Positions 11,732 through 24,135 of a DNA stretch of 64,000 nucleotides are shown piece by piece. The number at the start of each line of letters is the position of its first letter. Position 1 is the stretch's first letter. The stretch covers positions 26,350,001 to 26,414,000 of the forward strand of contig NC_135667.1 in the NCBI RefSeq assembly GCF_964188315.1. Direction: 5' to 3'. A program made the translations under genes and the position numbers. The DNA comes from Podarcis muralis. Taxonomy: Eukaryota. The notes below the pieces were generated by a model. It ran no database searches, was not told where the DNA came from, and saw only the letters and a program-made list of their open reading frames with translations.

Positions 11732-12048
11732 GTAAGTACCAGATTGTTTTCTTTTGAAGCCTTTGACATATTTCACTTTGAAGGAACACATTTTGTACAT
11801 TCTTTCTCATGAATGATACCTAATAATTTCTTGGACAATGTTTATTTTTCAAGTCTGATGCCTTTTAATAATGTTATTTAGGAACAATTCTACCAAAGGT
11901 TAGCACTTGCTATGTTTAATAAAGAAAATGATTATTGTACAGCCTGGCAGTCATTGAACAGAGTTCCACATATAATCTATATAAAAAGATTGTGTACAGC
12001 CGAACAATCTTACTCTAACTTCATTAGTTCTTTATGTTCTCCTTCCAG
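11732..12048 (+). other. Predicted 5'-UTR intron of OR copy 3 (317 nt)
   Basis: GTAAGT donor at 11732, CCTTCCAG acceptor ending 12048. Confidence 0.75.
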
Positions 12049-12049
12049 G

Positions 12050-13003
12050 ATGCAGAACAGAAAAGAATACATTCTACAAAACAGTACAGCACCAGCTAAA
12101 TTCATCCTCCTGGGTCTTTCTGATGATCCAAACCTGCAAAGTACATTGTTCTCCGCTTTCCTGGTACTCTATATCATCACTCTGGCAGGAAACCTTCTCA
12201 TCATTCTTCTGACGTTGGCTGACCCTGCCCTCCACACCCCCATGTATTTCTTCCTAAGAAACCTGTCTTTTCTGGAGATCTGCTACACATCAGTCAATAT
12301 CCCTAAGATGCTGTCAAACCTCCTTTCTGGAAATAAATCCATCTCCTTCATCGGATGTGCTCTGCAGACCTACTTTGATTTCTTCTTTGGTGGGTCAGAA
12401 TGTTTCCTCTTAGCCTCAATGGCCTATGATCGATATGTTGCCATTTGTAAGCCCTTACACTACCACATCCTGATGAGCCAAAAAGTTTCTATTACTTTAG
12501 CTGTGACATCTTGGCTAAGTGGGTTTCTGATGTCCTTTGGACACACCAGCATGGTGTTTACTGTCTCCTACTGTGGCTCCAATGTGATCAACCACTTCTT
12601 TTGTGACATCCCTCCTTTGCTGAAATTGGCTTGTGGGGACACCTCAAGGGTTGAAATTGCAGTCTTTGTGGTGGCTATGATTTTTGTGACTTTGCCTTTT
12701 ATTCTGATCTTGATGTCTTATGCTGGCATTATAACAACCATTTTGAAGATCTCATCCTCTGAAGGTCGGAAGAAGACCTTCTCCACCTGCTCTTCACACC
12801 TCATTGTGGTGACCTTGTTCTATGGTTCTGCTTGTATTACATATTTGAAGCCCAATTCCACTTACTCACCAAACACTGGCAAATTTCTCTCCCTTTTCTA
12901 TACTATTATCGGTCCCATTTTGAACCCCCTCATATACAGCTTGAGGAATAAAGAGGTAAAACATGCCTTTAAAAGAATCTGGAGTAGAAAGCCTTTTGGC
13001 TGA
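12050..13003 (+). CDS. Olfactory receptor, OR10-like; array copy 3 (317 aa, carries D110)
   Basis: 954 nt from the ATG after TTCCAG|G at 12050; OR motifs intact. Confidence 0.96.
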   Translation: MQNRKEYILQNSTAPAKFILLGLSDDPNLQSTLFSAFLVLYIITLAGNLLIILLTLADPALHTPMYFFLRNLSFLEICYTSVNIPKMLSNLLSGNKSISFIGCALQTYFDFFFGGSECFLLASMAYDRYVAICKPLHYHILMSQKVSITLAVTSWLSGFLMSFGHTSMVFTVSYCGSNVINHFFCDIPPLLKLACGDTSRVEIAVFVVAMIFVTLPFILILMSYAGIITTILKISSSEGRKKTFSTCSSHLIVVTLFYGSACITYLKPNSTYSPNTGKFLSLFYTIIGPILNPLIYSLRNKEVKHAFKRIWSRKPFG

Positions 13004-16000
13004 CATAACTGACATATCTGTATTGTGGGAGTTAAAAACAGGTAGGGACTTGTACCTACTAATTTCTGAAAGCATTAGCTTGGATCCAGAATGATTTAGT
13101 CGAACTGTAGTCCCCTTAAAATTAATGGGATTAAGTTAATTATGCTTGAATATATGTCCCTTGATTTAAATTGGTATTTAATTCATATAGCCTTGCCTCT
13201 ATCTACCTAACAACTCAAACAGTGGGATAATTTATAGTAAATAATTTTCTGTGAGGAAAGATTCTCGTTCCCTCCTAGTGAAATCACCAGAAATCCCTGA
13301 AATGATATCTCTGCGAGAGTTGAGGATTTCTCTTAAACAATTTGTGTGGGGAATAGATGGAAAACTATTGGGGGAAGTAGGAATCATCCTCGATTAAGCT
13401 TAGAACCTAATATAACAATATCTCTGTCAGAATGTTTCCTGTCCCTTCATCCATTAACATCGGAGCCCAAGGGTAGATCGCATGCTTTGTATGCAAAAGG
13501 TCCCATGTTCAGTCCAAGCAGGGCTGAGAAACAATTTTCCTAAAACTCTGGGGAATTTATGCCAAGCTACATTCAGATGTGGGGTTTATTGCATGTGTTT
13601 TGCCGGTTATGAAACTAGTGCTTCTGTCCCAAATTCTAACATCCCCTTTGCACTTCAATAGCTGCTGCATTCCAGAACTGTGGGTTGTTGTTTTTTTTTT
13701 AAAAAAAAAATGCTATTCCATCATGCTGCACTAGATTTTAAATGGCAGGAAAGAATTATATGCAGGAATACTGCCCACATTTTGTCACATGAACTCAAAT
13801 GCAATAATTCGCTCTCTTTGGACTTCTCCTAGCATGCTTCTGTTCCAGAGGCGTTTCCATTTGTCTGAATCAGCTAGTATAAAGAACCCCAAACCCACCT
13901 TTTTTCTGCATTAATTTCCAAAATTTGCAGAGTCTAAATTAGCACTGATTGACATTCCCCTTGCTACTGACTGCCTTGTGATTGTCTGGACAATGCCAGA
14001 TATCATTCAATTCCTACCTGGATCAAAACTCTTAGAAATGAACTGTTGTCATATAGCCCATTGTCTCTCAACATCCCTCATATTACTTGACCATCATATA
14101 CCCTCGACATTTCCCTTTTTTACAGGGATACTCCTGGATTTGCTGAAGCTGTCTCAGTTTCTGAATCGATCCCAGAATGTCCCGCTTTTCCTTAGGATGA
14201 CCCTATTTTCATTGGAGAAATGTTGGAGCTATGGAGTTAGGCAACCCCCGAGCCAATAAGAAAGTAACTATAGATAAGTAACTCTAGAACCATTAGAAGA
14301 TATCTGAAGGTTGCCCTGTATATGGGAGATTTTAAACATTTTATTCAGTTTTTATATATGTTGGAAGCCACCCACAGTGGCTGGGGCAACTCAGTCGTAT
14401 GGGNNNNNNNNNNNNNNNNNNNNNNNNNNNNNNNNNNNNNNNNNNNNNNNNNNNNNNNNNNNNNNNNNNNNNNNNNNNNNNNNNNNNNNNNNNNNNNNNN
14501 NNNNNNNNNNNNNNNNNNNNNNNNNNNNNNNNNNNNNNNCATTGGAGAATTACTGGAGGGTCTGCAATCAATGCTGCTACTTTGCACAGAATGAGACCCA
14601 AAGGCTGATTGTAAGTAGCTGCAGTAAGATAGGTACTACAGGAGGTTGAACCAGTTGACCCTCAGGGTCCCTTCCAACTCTACGATTCTAAGATACTATG
14701 ATTGGCAGGTATGGGATAACCTGTGGGTGGATTTTTTATTCTTTTATCTTGTTGAAGCAACTTTCTGTCTTCCATTTGCCCTCCTACTATCTGCTTAGCT
14801 CTTAATAAACTTCATCAAAATAACTGTCTCGATTATCGTGTGTATTGCTGCCAGACCCAAAGGGAATTTTTCACTTATGTTTCTACAACATTTTAGAGTT
14901 ATGCTACATGTGATGAGATTGGAGTCTGCCAAAGAGGAGAAAGCTAAATTGGGGTCAGAGAAGATCCAGGAAGGCTAGGTGCCCTCTGTGTCTCCCCTCC
15001 TCATTACCTGCCTTGGACCCTCTGAAATCACCCATTTGGGGGCAGAGCATGTTAAGGAGGTGGAGGGGGAGGAGATTACTTGCTAGTTCTGGCTTAACTG
15101 GCCTACACCCAGACTGACAGCGGTGGAAAGAAAGGGACAAAGCTTCTCCCCACTCCTACCACTGTACCTTTTACCACTGTACTCTGTATGCCACATGCTG
15201 CCAACAACAACTTTTATTGGTGAAACCAAGCCTAGTCTCAGTCATTCATGAAAATGACCCCTGTAGCCCTTTNNNNNNNNNNNNNNNNNNNNNNNNNNNN
15301 NNNNNNNNNNNNNNNNNNNNNNNNNNNNNNNNNNNNNNNNNNNNNNNNNNNNNNNNNNNNNNNNNNNNNNNNNNNNNNNNNNNNNNNNNNNNNNNNNNNN
15401 NNNNNNNNNNNNNNNNNNNNNNNNNNNNTATCAGCTATCTATCAGCTATCTATCTATCTATCATTATCTATCATCAAAAACATTTCTCTGTTGGGGGAAA
15501 AATAATTTTAGTGGTCCAACTTGCTAGTAAAGTCAGTTCTAATTTACCTGTTTATTGAGCATTCATACAATTTCTTTGTACAGTTTGTGGCAAGGTTATG
15601 CATCATCCACACTTACCTTTTCTCCACACTTTCCATACATAGACTGCAATTTAAAGCTTCTTTTCTGAATGCTTCCACACCACCACCTCCAGAGCTTTCT
15701 CATAAAAACACACTCTTTTAAGTTGAATTGGAGTAAATGTCAAACCTCAGAAAACCCGAATTGACATTTGCTCTGATTCTGCCTGGAAGAGTGGGTTTTC
15801 ATGGAGAAAGCTCTGGCATGTTGGGTGGGAGGGGGAGAGACCAAGGACACATTCTCGGATTTGTGACTGGGAAATGATGGGGAACTGAGCATTAATTCTT
15901 GTATGTTTGCAGGTGGTTATTCAATGTGGTCAAGAAAGTGTTTTCCCATTACAGTACATTTGTTGGAATCAGTCTCAGAGGACAATCAAACCACTGAATT

Positions 16001-16613
16001 GGCAGAAATGAATGGATGTTCTGGGCTACCCAGATGACAAGACCCCCTTCTCAACCTCACTGATGTAGTCGAGATGAAACAGCAATACATTTGACACCAG
16101 CTTAACTGCAGGAGTTGTCCCAAAAGACAGCTTCTGGGAGCCACAGGTGACAGCTGAGTGGAGGGTGGGGACCAAAGGGGACCAAACTACCCAAAAAGAA
16201 TCATGTGTGTACCAACACAGGTACTACCCCTCCCCAAATACCCCATACAGCCCATGCAGGGGTTGGACTACATGACCCTTGGGTCCCTTCCAACTCTACA
16301 GTTCTATAACTCTATGTCTGCACAGCCATATGCCCCAGAGAACAAAGAATGAAGCGCTTTAAAGTTATCTTAAAAGAAATATCACAATGGATAACTGAAT
16401 AGCTACATTAATGCGTCTGCCTGCTCAGTGAGTTATTCATTGTGATCTGTCTTGGAGCACAGCTCCCAGAGGGAAGAATCTGGCAGAATAAAACAATGGT
16501 GAAGAGGCAAATACACTGAAAGCAGCGTAGACCTTCTATAACTGTGGCTGAGAAATCTCTAGTGCAACTAGGGCATCAGGAACAGAGAGCTGGGTGTGAC
16601 CTTCCAGTATTCA

Positions 16614-16934
16614 GTAAGTACCAGATTGTTTTCTTTTGAAGCCTTTGACATGTTTAACTCTGAAGGAACACACTTTGTACATTTCTTCTCATGAATGATA
16701 CTAAATTATTTCTTGGACAATGTTTATTTTTCAAGTCTGATGCCTTTTAATGTTTAATGTTATTTAGGAACAATTCTACCAAAGGTTAGCACTTGCTATG
16801 TTCAGTAAAGAAAATGATTATTATACAGCTTGGCAGTCATTAAACAGAGTTCCACATATAATCTATTTAAAAAGATTGTGTATAGCTGAACAATCTTACT
16901 CAAACTTCATCAGTTCTTTATGTTCTCTTTCCAG
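16614..16934 (+). other. Predicted 5'-UTR intron of OR copy 4 (321 nt)
   Basis: GTAAGT donor at 16614, TTTCCAG acceptor ending 16934. Confidence 0.75.
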
Positions 16935-16935
16935 G

Positions 16936-17889
16936 ATGCAGAACAGAAAAGAATACATTCTACAAAACAGGACAGCTCCAGCTAAATTCATCCTCCTGGG
17001 TCTTTCTGATGATCCAAACCTGCAAAGTGCATTGTTCTCCGCTTTCCTGGTACTCTATATCATCACTCTGGCAGGAAACCTTCTCATCATTCTTCTGACG
17101 TTGGCTGACCCTGCCCTCCACACCCCCATGTATTTCTTCCTAAGAAACCTGTCTTTTCTGGAGATCTGCTACACATCAGTGAATGTCCCTAAGATGCTGG
17201 CAAACCTCCTTTCTGGAAATAAATCCATCTCATTCATTGGATGTGCTCTGCAGACCTACTTTGTATTCTTCCTTGGTGGGTCAGAATGTTTCCTCTTGGC
17301 TTCAATGGCCTATGATCGATATGTTGCCATTTGTAAGCCCTTACACTACCACATCCTGATGAGCCAAAAAGTTTCTATTACTTTAGCTGTGACATCTTGG
17401 CTAAGTGGGTTTCTGATGTCCTTTGGACACACCAGCATGGTGTTTACTGTCTCCTACTGTGGCTCCAATGTGATCAACCACTTCTTTTGTGACATCCCTC
17501 CTTTGCTGAAATTGGCTTGTGGGGACACCTCAAGGGTTGAAATTGCAGTCTTTGTGGTGGCTATGATTTTTGTGACTTTGCCTTTTATTCTGATCTTGAT
17601 GTCTTATGCTGGCATTATAACAACCATTTTGAAGATCTCATCCTCTGAAGGTCGGAAGAAGACCTTCTCCACCTGCTCTTCACACCTGATTGTGGTGACC
17701 TTGTTCTATGGTTCTGCTTGTATTACATATTTGAAGCCCAATTCCACTTACTCACCAAACACTGACAAATATCTATCACTCTTCTATACTGTTATCGGAC
17801 CCATTTTGAACCCCCTCATATACAGCTTGAGGAATAAAGAGGTAAAACATTCATTTAAAAGAATTTGGGATAGAAGACCTTTTGGGTGA
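16936..17889 (+). CDS. Olfactory receptor, OR10-like; array copy 4 (317 aa)
   Basis: 954 nt from the ATG after TTCCAG|G; OR motifs intact. Confidence 0.96.
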   Translation: MQNRKEYILQNRTAPAKFILLGLSDDPNLQSALFSAFLVLYIITLAGNLLIILLTLADPALHTPMYFFLRNLSFLEICYTSVNVPKMLANLLSGNKSISFIGCALQTYFVFFLGGSECFLLASMAYDRYVAICKPLHYHILMSQKVSITLAVTSWLSGFLMSFGHTSMVFTVSYCGSNVINHFFCDIPPLLKLACGDTSRVEIAVFVVAMIFVTLPFILILMSYAGIITTILKISSSEGRKKTFSTCSSHLIVVTLFYGSACITYLKPNSTYSPNTDKYLSLFYTVIGPILNPLIYSLRNKEVKHSFKRIWDRRPFG

Positions 17890-19313
17890 TAAAAATTAAC
17901 TGACGTATTGTGGGAGTTCCAAAACAGGTATGGACCTGTACCTACTAATTTCTGAATGCATTAGCTTGGATCCAGAATGATTTAGGAGAACTGTGGTCCC
18001 CTTAAAATTAATGGGATTAAGTTAATTGTGATTTAATATATGACCCTTGATTTAAATGGCAATTTTTGTCATCTAACCTTGCCTTTATATACCTAACAGC
18101 TCAAACAGTTGGATTATTTATAGTAAATAAATTTGTGGAAGGAAAGATTGTGGTTCCCTCCTAGTGAAATCACCAGAAATCACCCAAAAGATATCTCTGT
18201 GAGGGTTGAGGATTCCTCCTAAACAATTTGTGTTGGGGAATGGAAGGAAAACTATTGGGGGAAGTGGGAATCATTCTCGATTAAGCATGGAACCTAATAT
18301 AAATTGATATGAAAGTCATTCTCTGACAGAAAGTTTCCTGTCTCTTCATCCAATACCATCGGAGCCGAAGAGTAAATCGTATGCTTTGTATGCAAAAGGT
18401 CCCATGTTCAGTCCAGGCAGGGCTGGTGAAGATTTTTTCCTGAAACTCTGGGGAGCTTCTGCCAAGCTGCATTCAGATGTGGGGTTCACTGCATGTGTTT
18501 TTCTGATTATGTTGCTAGTGCTTCTGTCCCAATTTAGAACATTCCTTTTGCACTGCAATAGCACCTGCATTCCAGAACTGTGGTTTTTTTGTTTTATGTT
18601 TTTTTTTAAAAAAAAATACGTTCCCACCATGCTGCACTAGATTTTAAATGGCAAGAAATAATTATATGAAGGGTTACAATCACATTTTGTCACATGTTCT
18701 CACAATGCAATAATTAGCATGCTTCTGTTCCAGAGGTGTTTCCATTTGTCTGAATCAGCCAGTACAAAGAACCACAAACCCACCTTTTTCCTGCATTAAC
18801 TTACAAAATTTGCAGAGACTAAATTAGCACTGATTGACATTCCCCTGGCTACTGACTGCCTTGTGATTGTCTTTAAAATGCCTGATATCATGCAAGACCT
18901 ACCAGGATCAAACCTCTTGGAAGTGAACTGTTGCCATATAGCCTATGTCTCTCAACATCCGTCATATTACTTAACCATCATGGACCCTCCACACTTCCCT
19001 TTTTTAAGATTTACAGAAGCTGTCTCAGTTTCTGATTCAATCCCAGAATGTCCCACTTTTTCTTAGGATGTCCCTATTTTCGCTTGCGAAATATTGGGGG
19101 TATGGAGTTAGGCAACCCCCGAGCCAATGAGATAAGTAACTATAGAGCCTTTAGAAGATATCTGAAGGTTGCCCTGTATAGGGAAGTTTTTATTCAGTTT
19201 TTATATATTTTTACATTTTATTCAGGTTTTATATATGTTGGAAGCTACCCAGAGCGGCTGGGGCAACCCAGTCATATGGGCAGGGGATTTATAATGATAG
19301 CAGCAGCAGCAGC

Positions 19314-19344
<31 letters not shown>

Positions 19345-21419
19345 CTAAGAAAAAATAATAGAAGATGTCCCTCTTTTCAATGGATAGATATTGGAGGGTC
19401 TGCAATCAATGCTGCTACTTTGCACAGAATGAAACCAAAAGGCTGATTGTAAATAGCTGCAGTAAGATAGGTACTACAGGAGGTTGAACCAGTTGACCCT
19501 CAGGGTCCCTTCCAACTCTAAGATTCTACGATACTATGATAGGCAGGCATGGGATAACCTGTGGGTGGATTTTTTATTCTTTAATCTTGTTGAAGCAACT
19601 TTCTGTCTTCCATTTGCCCTCTTACTTTCCTCTTAGCTCTTAATAAACTTCATCCAAATAACTGTCTGGATTGTTGTGTGTATTGTTGCCAGACCCAAAG
19701 GGAATTTTTCACTTGTATGTCTACAACATTTTGGAGTCGTGCTACATGTGATGAGATGAGATTGGAGTCTGCCATGGAGGAGAAAGCTACATTGGGGTCA
19801 GAGAAGATCCAGGAAGGCTAGGTGCTCTCTCTGTCTCTCCTTCTCATTACCTGCCTTGGATCCTCTGAAACCACCCATTTAGGGGCAGAGCATGTTAAGC
19901 ATTTGGGGGGAGGACTTACTTGCTAGTTTTGGCTTAACTGGCCTACACCCAGACTGACAGCGGTGGAAAGAAAGGGACAAAGGATCTCCCCACTCCTACC
20001 ACTGTACCTTTTACCACTGTACTCTGTATGCCACATGCTGCCAACTACAGCTTTTATTGGTGAAACCAAGCCTAGTCTCAGTCATTCATGAAAATCACCC
20101 CTGTAGCCATTTCNNNNNNNNNNNNNNNNNNNNNNNNNNNNNNNNNNNNNNNNNNNNNNNNNNNNNNNNNNNNNNNNNNNNNNNNNNNNNNNNNNNNNNN
20201 NNNNNNNNNNNNNNNNNNNNNNNNNNNNNNNNNNNNNNNNNNNNNNNNNNNNNNNNNNNNNNNNNNNNNNNNNNNNNNNCACATTTCTTTCTTGGGGGGA
20301 AAAAAGAATTTTAGTGGTCCAGCTTGCTAGTAAAGTCAGTTCTAAATTACCTGTTTATTGAGTATTCATACAGATTTCTTTGTACGTTTTGTGGCAAGGT
20401 AAAGCATCATCCACATTTACCTTTTCTCCACGCTTTCCAGACATTGTCTGAAATTTATAGCTTCTTTTCTGAATGCATCCACACCAACACCTCCAGAGCT
20501 TTCTCGTAAAAACACACTCTTTAATATTGAATTGGAGCAAATGTCAAACCTCAGAAAACCCAAATTGACATTTGCTCTGATTCTGCTTGGAAGAGTGGGT
20601 TTTCATGGAGAAAGTTCTTGCTTGCTGGGTGCCGAGTGGGGTGGGGGGGAGAGACCAAGGACACAATCTTGGATTTGTGACTGGAAAATGATGGGGAACT
20701 CAGCATGAATTCTTGTTTGTTTGCAGCAGGTTATACAATATGGTCAAGAAAGTGTTTACCCATTACAGTATATTTGTTGGCATCAGTTTCTCTCAGAGAA
20801 CAATTAAACCACTGAACTGGCAAAAATGAATGGATGTTCTGGGCTGCCCCCCCTTCTCAACCTCACTGATGTGGTTGAGAGGAAAACAGCAATACATTTG
20901 GCACCAGCTTAACTGCAGGAGTTGTCCCAGAAGACTGCTTCTGGGAGCCACAGGTGACAGCTGAGTGGAGGGTGGGGACCAAAGGGAAACAAACTACCCA
21001 AGAAGAATCATGTGTGTACCAACAGAGGTATTACCCCTCTCCAACCCATACACCCTATGCTGGGGGTTGGATACTTGATGACCCTTACGTCATTTCGAAC
21101 TATACAATTCTATAATTCCATGTCTGCAAAGCCATATGCCCCACACAACAAAGGATGAAGGGCTTTAAAGTTATTTTAAAAGAAATATCACAATGGATAA
21201 CTGAATACCTACATTAATGCATCTGCCTGATCAGTGAGTTACTCATTGTGATCTGTCTTGGAGCACAGCTCCCAGAGGGAAGAATCTGGCAGAATAAAAC
21301 ATGGTGAAGAGGCAAATACACTGAAAGCAGTGTATACCTTCTATAACTGTGCCTGAGAAATCTCTAGTGCAACTAGGGTGTCAGGAACAGAGATCTGGCT
21401 GTGACCTTCCAGGGCTTCA

Positions 21420-21736
21420 GTAAGTACCAGATTATTTTCTTTTGAAGACTTTGGCATGTTTCACTCTGAAGGAACACACTTTGTACATTTCTTCTCATGA
21501 ATGATACTAAATAATTTCTTCGACAATGTTTATTTTTCAAGTCTGATGCCTTTTAATAATGTTATTTAGGAACAATTCTACCAAAGGTTAGCACTTGCTA
21601 TGTTTAATAAAGAAAATGATTATTATACAGCCTGGCAGTCATTGAGCAGAGTTCCACATATAATCTATATAAAAAGATTGTGTATAGCCGAACAATCTTA
21701 CTCTAACTTCATTAGTTCTTTATGTTCTCTTTCCAG
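21420..21736 (+). other. Predicted 5'-UTR intron of OR copy 5 (317 nt)
   Basis: GTAAGT donor at 21420, TTTCCAG acceptor ending 21736. Confidence 0.75.
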
Positions 21737-21737
21737 G

Positions 21738-22691
21738 ATGCAGAACAGAAAAGAATACATTCTACAAAACAGTACAGCACCAGCTAAATCCATCCTCCTG
21801 GGTCTTTCTGATGATCCAAACCTGCAAAGTTCATTGTTCTCCGCTTTCCTGGTACTCTATATCATCACTCTGGCAGGAAACCTTCTCATCATTCTTCTGA
21901 CGTTGGCTGATCCTGCCCTGCACACCCCCATGTATTTCTTCCTAAGAAACCTGTCTTTTCTGGAGATCTGCTACACATCGGTGAATGTCCCTAAGATGCT
22001 GGCAAACCTCCTCTCTGGAAATAAATCCATCTCCTTCATTGGATGTGCTCTGCAGACCTACTTTGTATTCTTCCTTGGTGGGTCAGAATGTTTCCTTTTG
22101 GCCGCAATGGCCTATGATCGATATGTTGCCATTTGTAAGCCCTTACACTACCACTTCCTGATGAGCCAAAAAGTTTATACTACTTTAGCTGTGGTGTGTT
22201 GGTTAAGTGGGTTTCTGATGTCCTTTGGTCACACTAGCATGTTATTTACTGTCTCCTACTGTGGCTCCAATGTGATCAGCCACTTCTTTTGTGACATCCC
22301 TCCTTTGCTGAAATTGGCTTGTGGGGACACTTCTAGGGTTGAAATTGGACTCTTTGTGGGGGCTATGATTTTTGGGACTTTGCCTTTTATCCTGATCTTG
22401 ATGTCTTACGCTGGCATTATAACCACTATTTTGAAGATCTCATCCTCTGAAGGTCGGATGAAGACCTTTTCCACCTGCTCTTCACACCTGATTGTGGTGA
22501 CCTTGTTCTATGGTTCTGCTTGTATTACATATTTGAAGCCCAATTCCACTTACTCACCAAACACTGACAAATTTCTCTCCCTTTTCTATACTGTTATAGG
22601 TCCCATTTTGAACCCCCTCATATACAACCTGAGGAATAAAGAGGTAAAACATTCATTTAGAAGAATCTGGGGTAGAAGACCTTTTGGGTGA
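21738..22691 (+). CDS. Olfactory receptor, OR10-like; array copy 5 (317 aa, intact ORF)
   Basis: 954 nt from the ATG after TTCCAG|G; OR motifs present with some changes (F18S, N181S, K241M, S297N). Confidence 0.95.
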   Translation: MQNRKEYILQNSTAPAKSILLGLSDDPNLQSSLFSAFLVLYIITLAGNLLIILLTLADPALHTPMYFFLRNLSFLEICYTSVNVPKMLANLLSGNKSISFIGCALQTYFVFFLGGSECFLLAAMAYDRYVAICKPLHYHFLMSQKVYTTLAVVCWLSGFLMSFGHTSMLFTVSYCGSNVISHFFCDIPPLLKLACGDTSRVEIGLFVGAMIFGTLPFILILMSYAGIITTILKISSSEGRMKTFSTCSSHLIVVTLFYGSACITYLKPNSTYSPNTDKFLSLFYTVIGPILNPLIYNLRNKEVKHSFRRIWGRRPFG

Positions 22692-24104
22692 TAAAAATGA
22701 ACTGACGTATTGTGGGAGTTCCAAAATAGGTATGGACCTGTACCTACTAATTTCTGAATGCATTAGCTTGGATCCAGAATGATTTAGGAGAACTGTGGTC
22801 CCCTTAAAATTAATGGGATTACGTTAATTTTGAGTTAATATATGACCCTTGATTTAATTGGTGATTTTTGTCATCTAACCTTGCCTTTATCTACTTAACA
22901 GCTCAAACAGTTGGATAATTTATAGTAAATAAATTTGTGGAAGGAAAGATTGTGGTTCCCTCCTAGTGAAATCACCAGAAATCCCCCAAAAGATATCTCT
23001 GCGAGGGTTGAGGATTCCTAACTAAACAATTTGTATTGGGGAATGGATGGAAAACTCTTTGGGGAAGTGGGAATCATCCTCGATTAAGCTTGGAACCTAA
23101 TATAACTTAATACGAAAGTCATTCTCTGAAAGAAAGTTTCCTGTCCCTTCATCCAATACCATCAGAGCCGAAGTGTAAATCTCATGCTTTGTATGCAGAA
23201 GGTCCCATGTTTAGTTCAGGCAGGGCTGGGAAAGATTTTTTCTTGAAACTCTGGGGAACTTCTGCCAAGCTGCATTCAGATGTGGGGCTTATTGCATGTG
23301 TTTTTCTGATTATGATGCTAGTGCTTCTGTCCCAATTTCTAACATTCCTTTTGTACTTCAATAGCTGCTGCATTCCAGAACTGTTGTTTTTTGGGGGGTT
23401 TTAAAAATTATTTTCCACCATGCTGCACTAGATTTTAAATTGTAGGAAAGAATTATATGAAGGGATACTCTCACCTTTTGTCGCATGTACTTACAATGTT
23501 ATAATTCCTTTTCTTTGGACATCTCCTAGCATGCTTCTGTTCCAAATTGTTTTCATTTGTCTGAATCAGCTAGTACAAAGAACCACAAGCACACCATTTT
23601 TTCTGCATTAATTTCCTAAATTTGCAGAGACTAAATTATCACTGATTGGCATTCCCCTGGCTACTGACTGCCTTGTGATTGTCTGGACAGTGCCAGATAT
23701 CATGCAAGACCTACCTGTATCAAACCTCTTCGAAGTGAACTGCTGCCATATAGCCCATTGTCTCTCAACATCCCTCATATTACTTGACCATCATGAACCA
23801 TCCACATTTCCCTTTTTTACAGGGATAGTCCTGGATTTACTGAAGCTGTCTCAGTTTCTGATTCGATCCCAGAATGTCCCACTTTTTCTTAGGATGTCCC
23901 TATTTTCACTGGAGAAAGGTTGTGTGTATGGAGTTAGGCAACCCCTGAGCCAATTACACAAGTAACTATAGAACCTTTAGAAGATATCTGAAGTTATCTG
24001 TATAGGGAAGTTTTAAAACATTTTATTCAGTTTTTATATATGTTGGAAGCTACCCAGAGCGGCTGGGGCAACCCAGTCATATGGGCAGCGGATTTATAAT
24101 GATA

Positions 24105-24135
<31 letters not shown>

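Noticed and set aside
11912-22691. 363 aa versions of OR copies 3-5 (also the 323, 330 and 326 aa starts of other ORs)
   Set aside because: The extra N-terminal codons lie upstream of pyrimidine-rich AG acceptors; the downstream ATGs give uniform 954/930 nt ORFs matching the paralogues.
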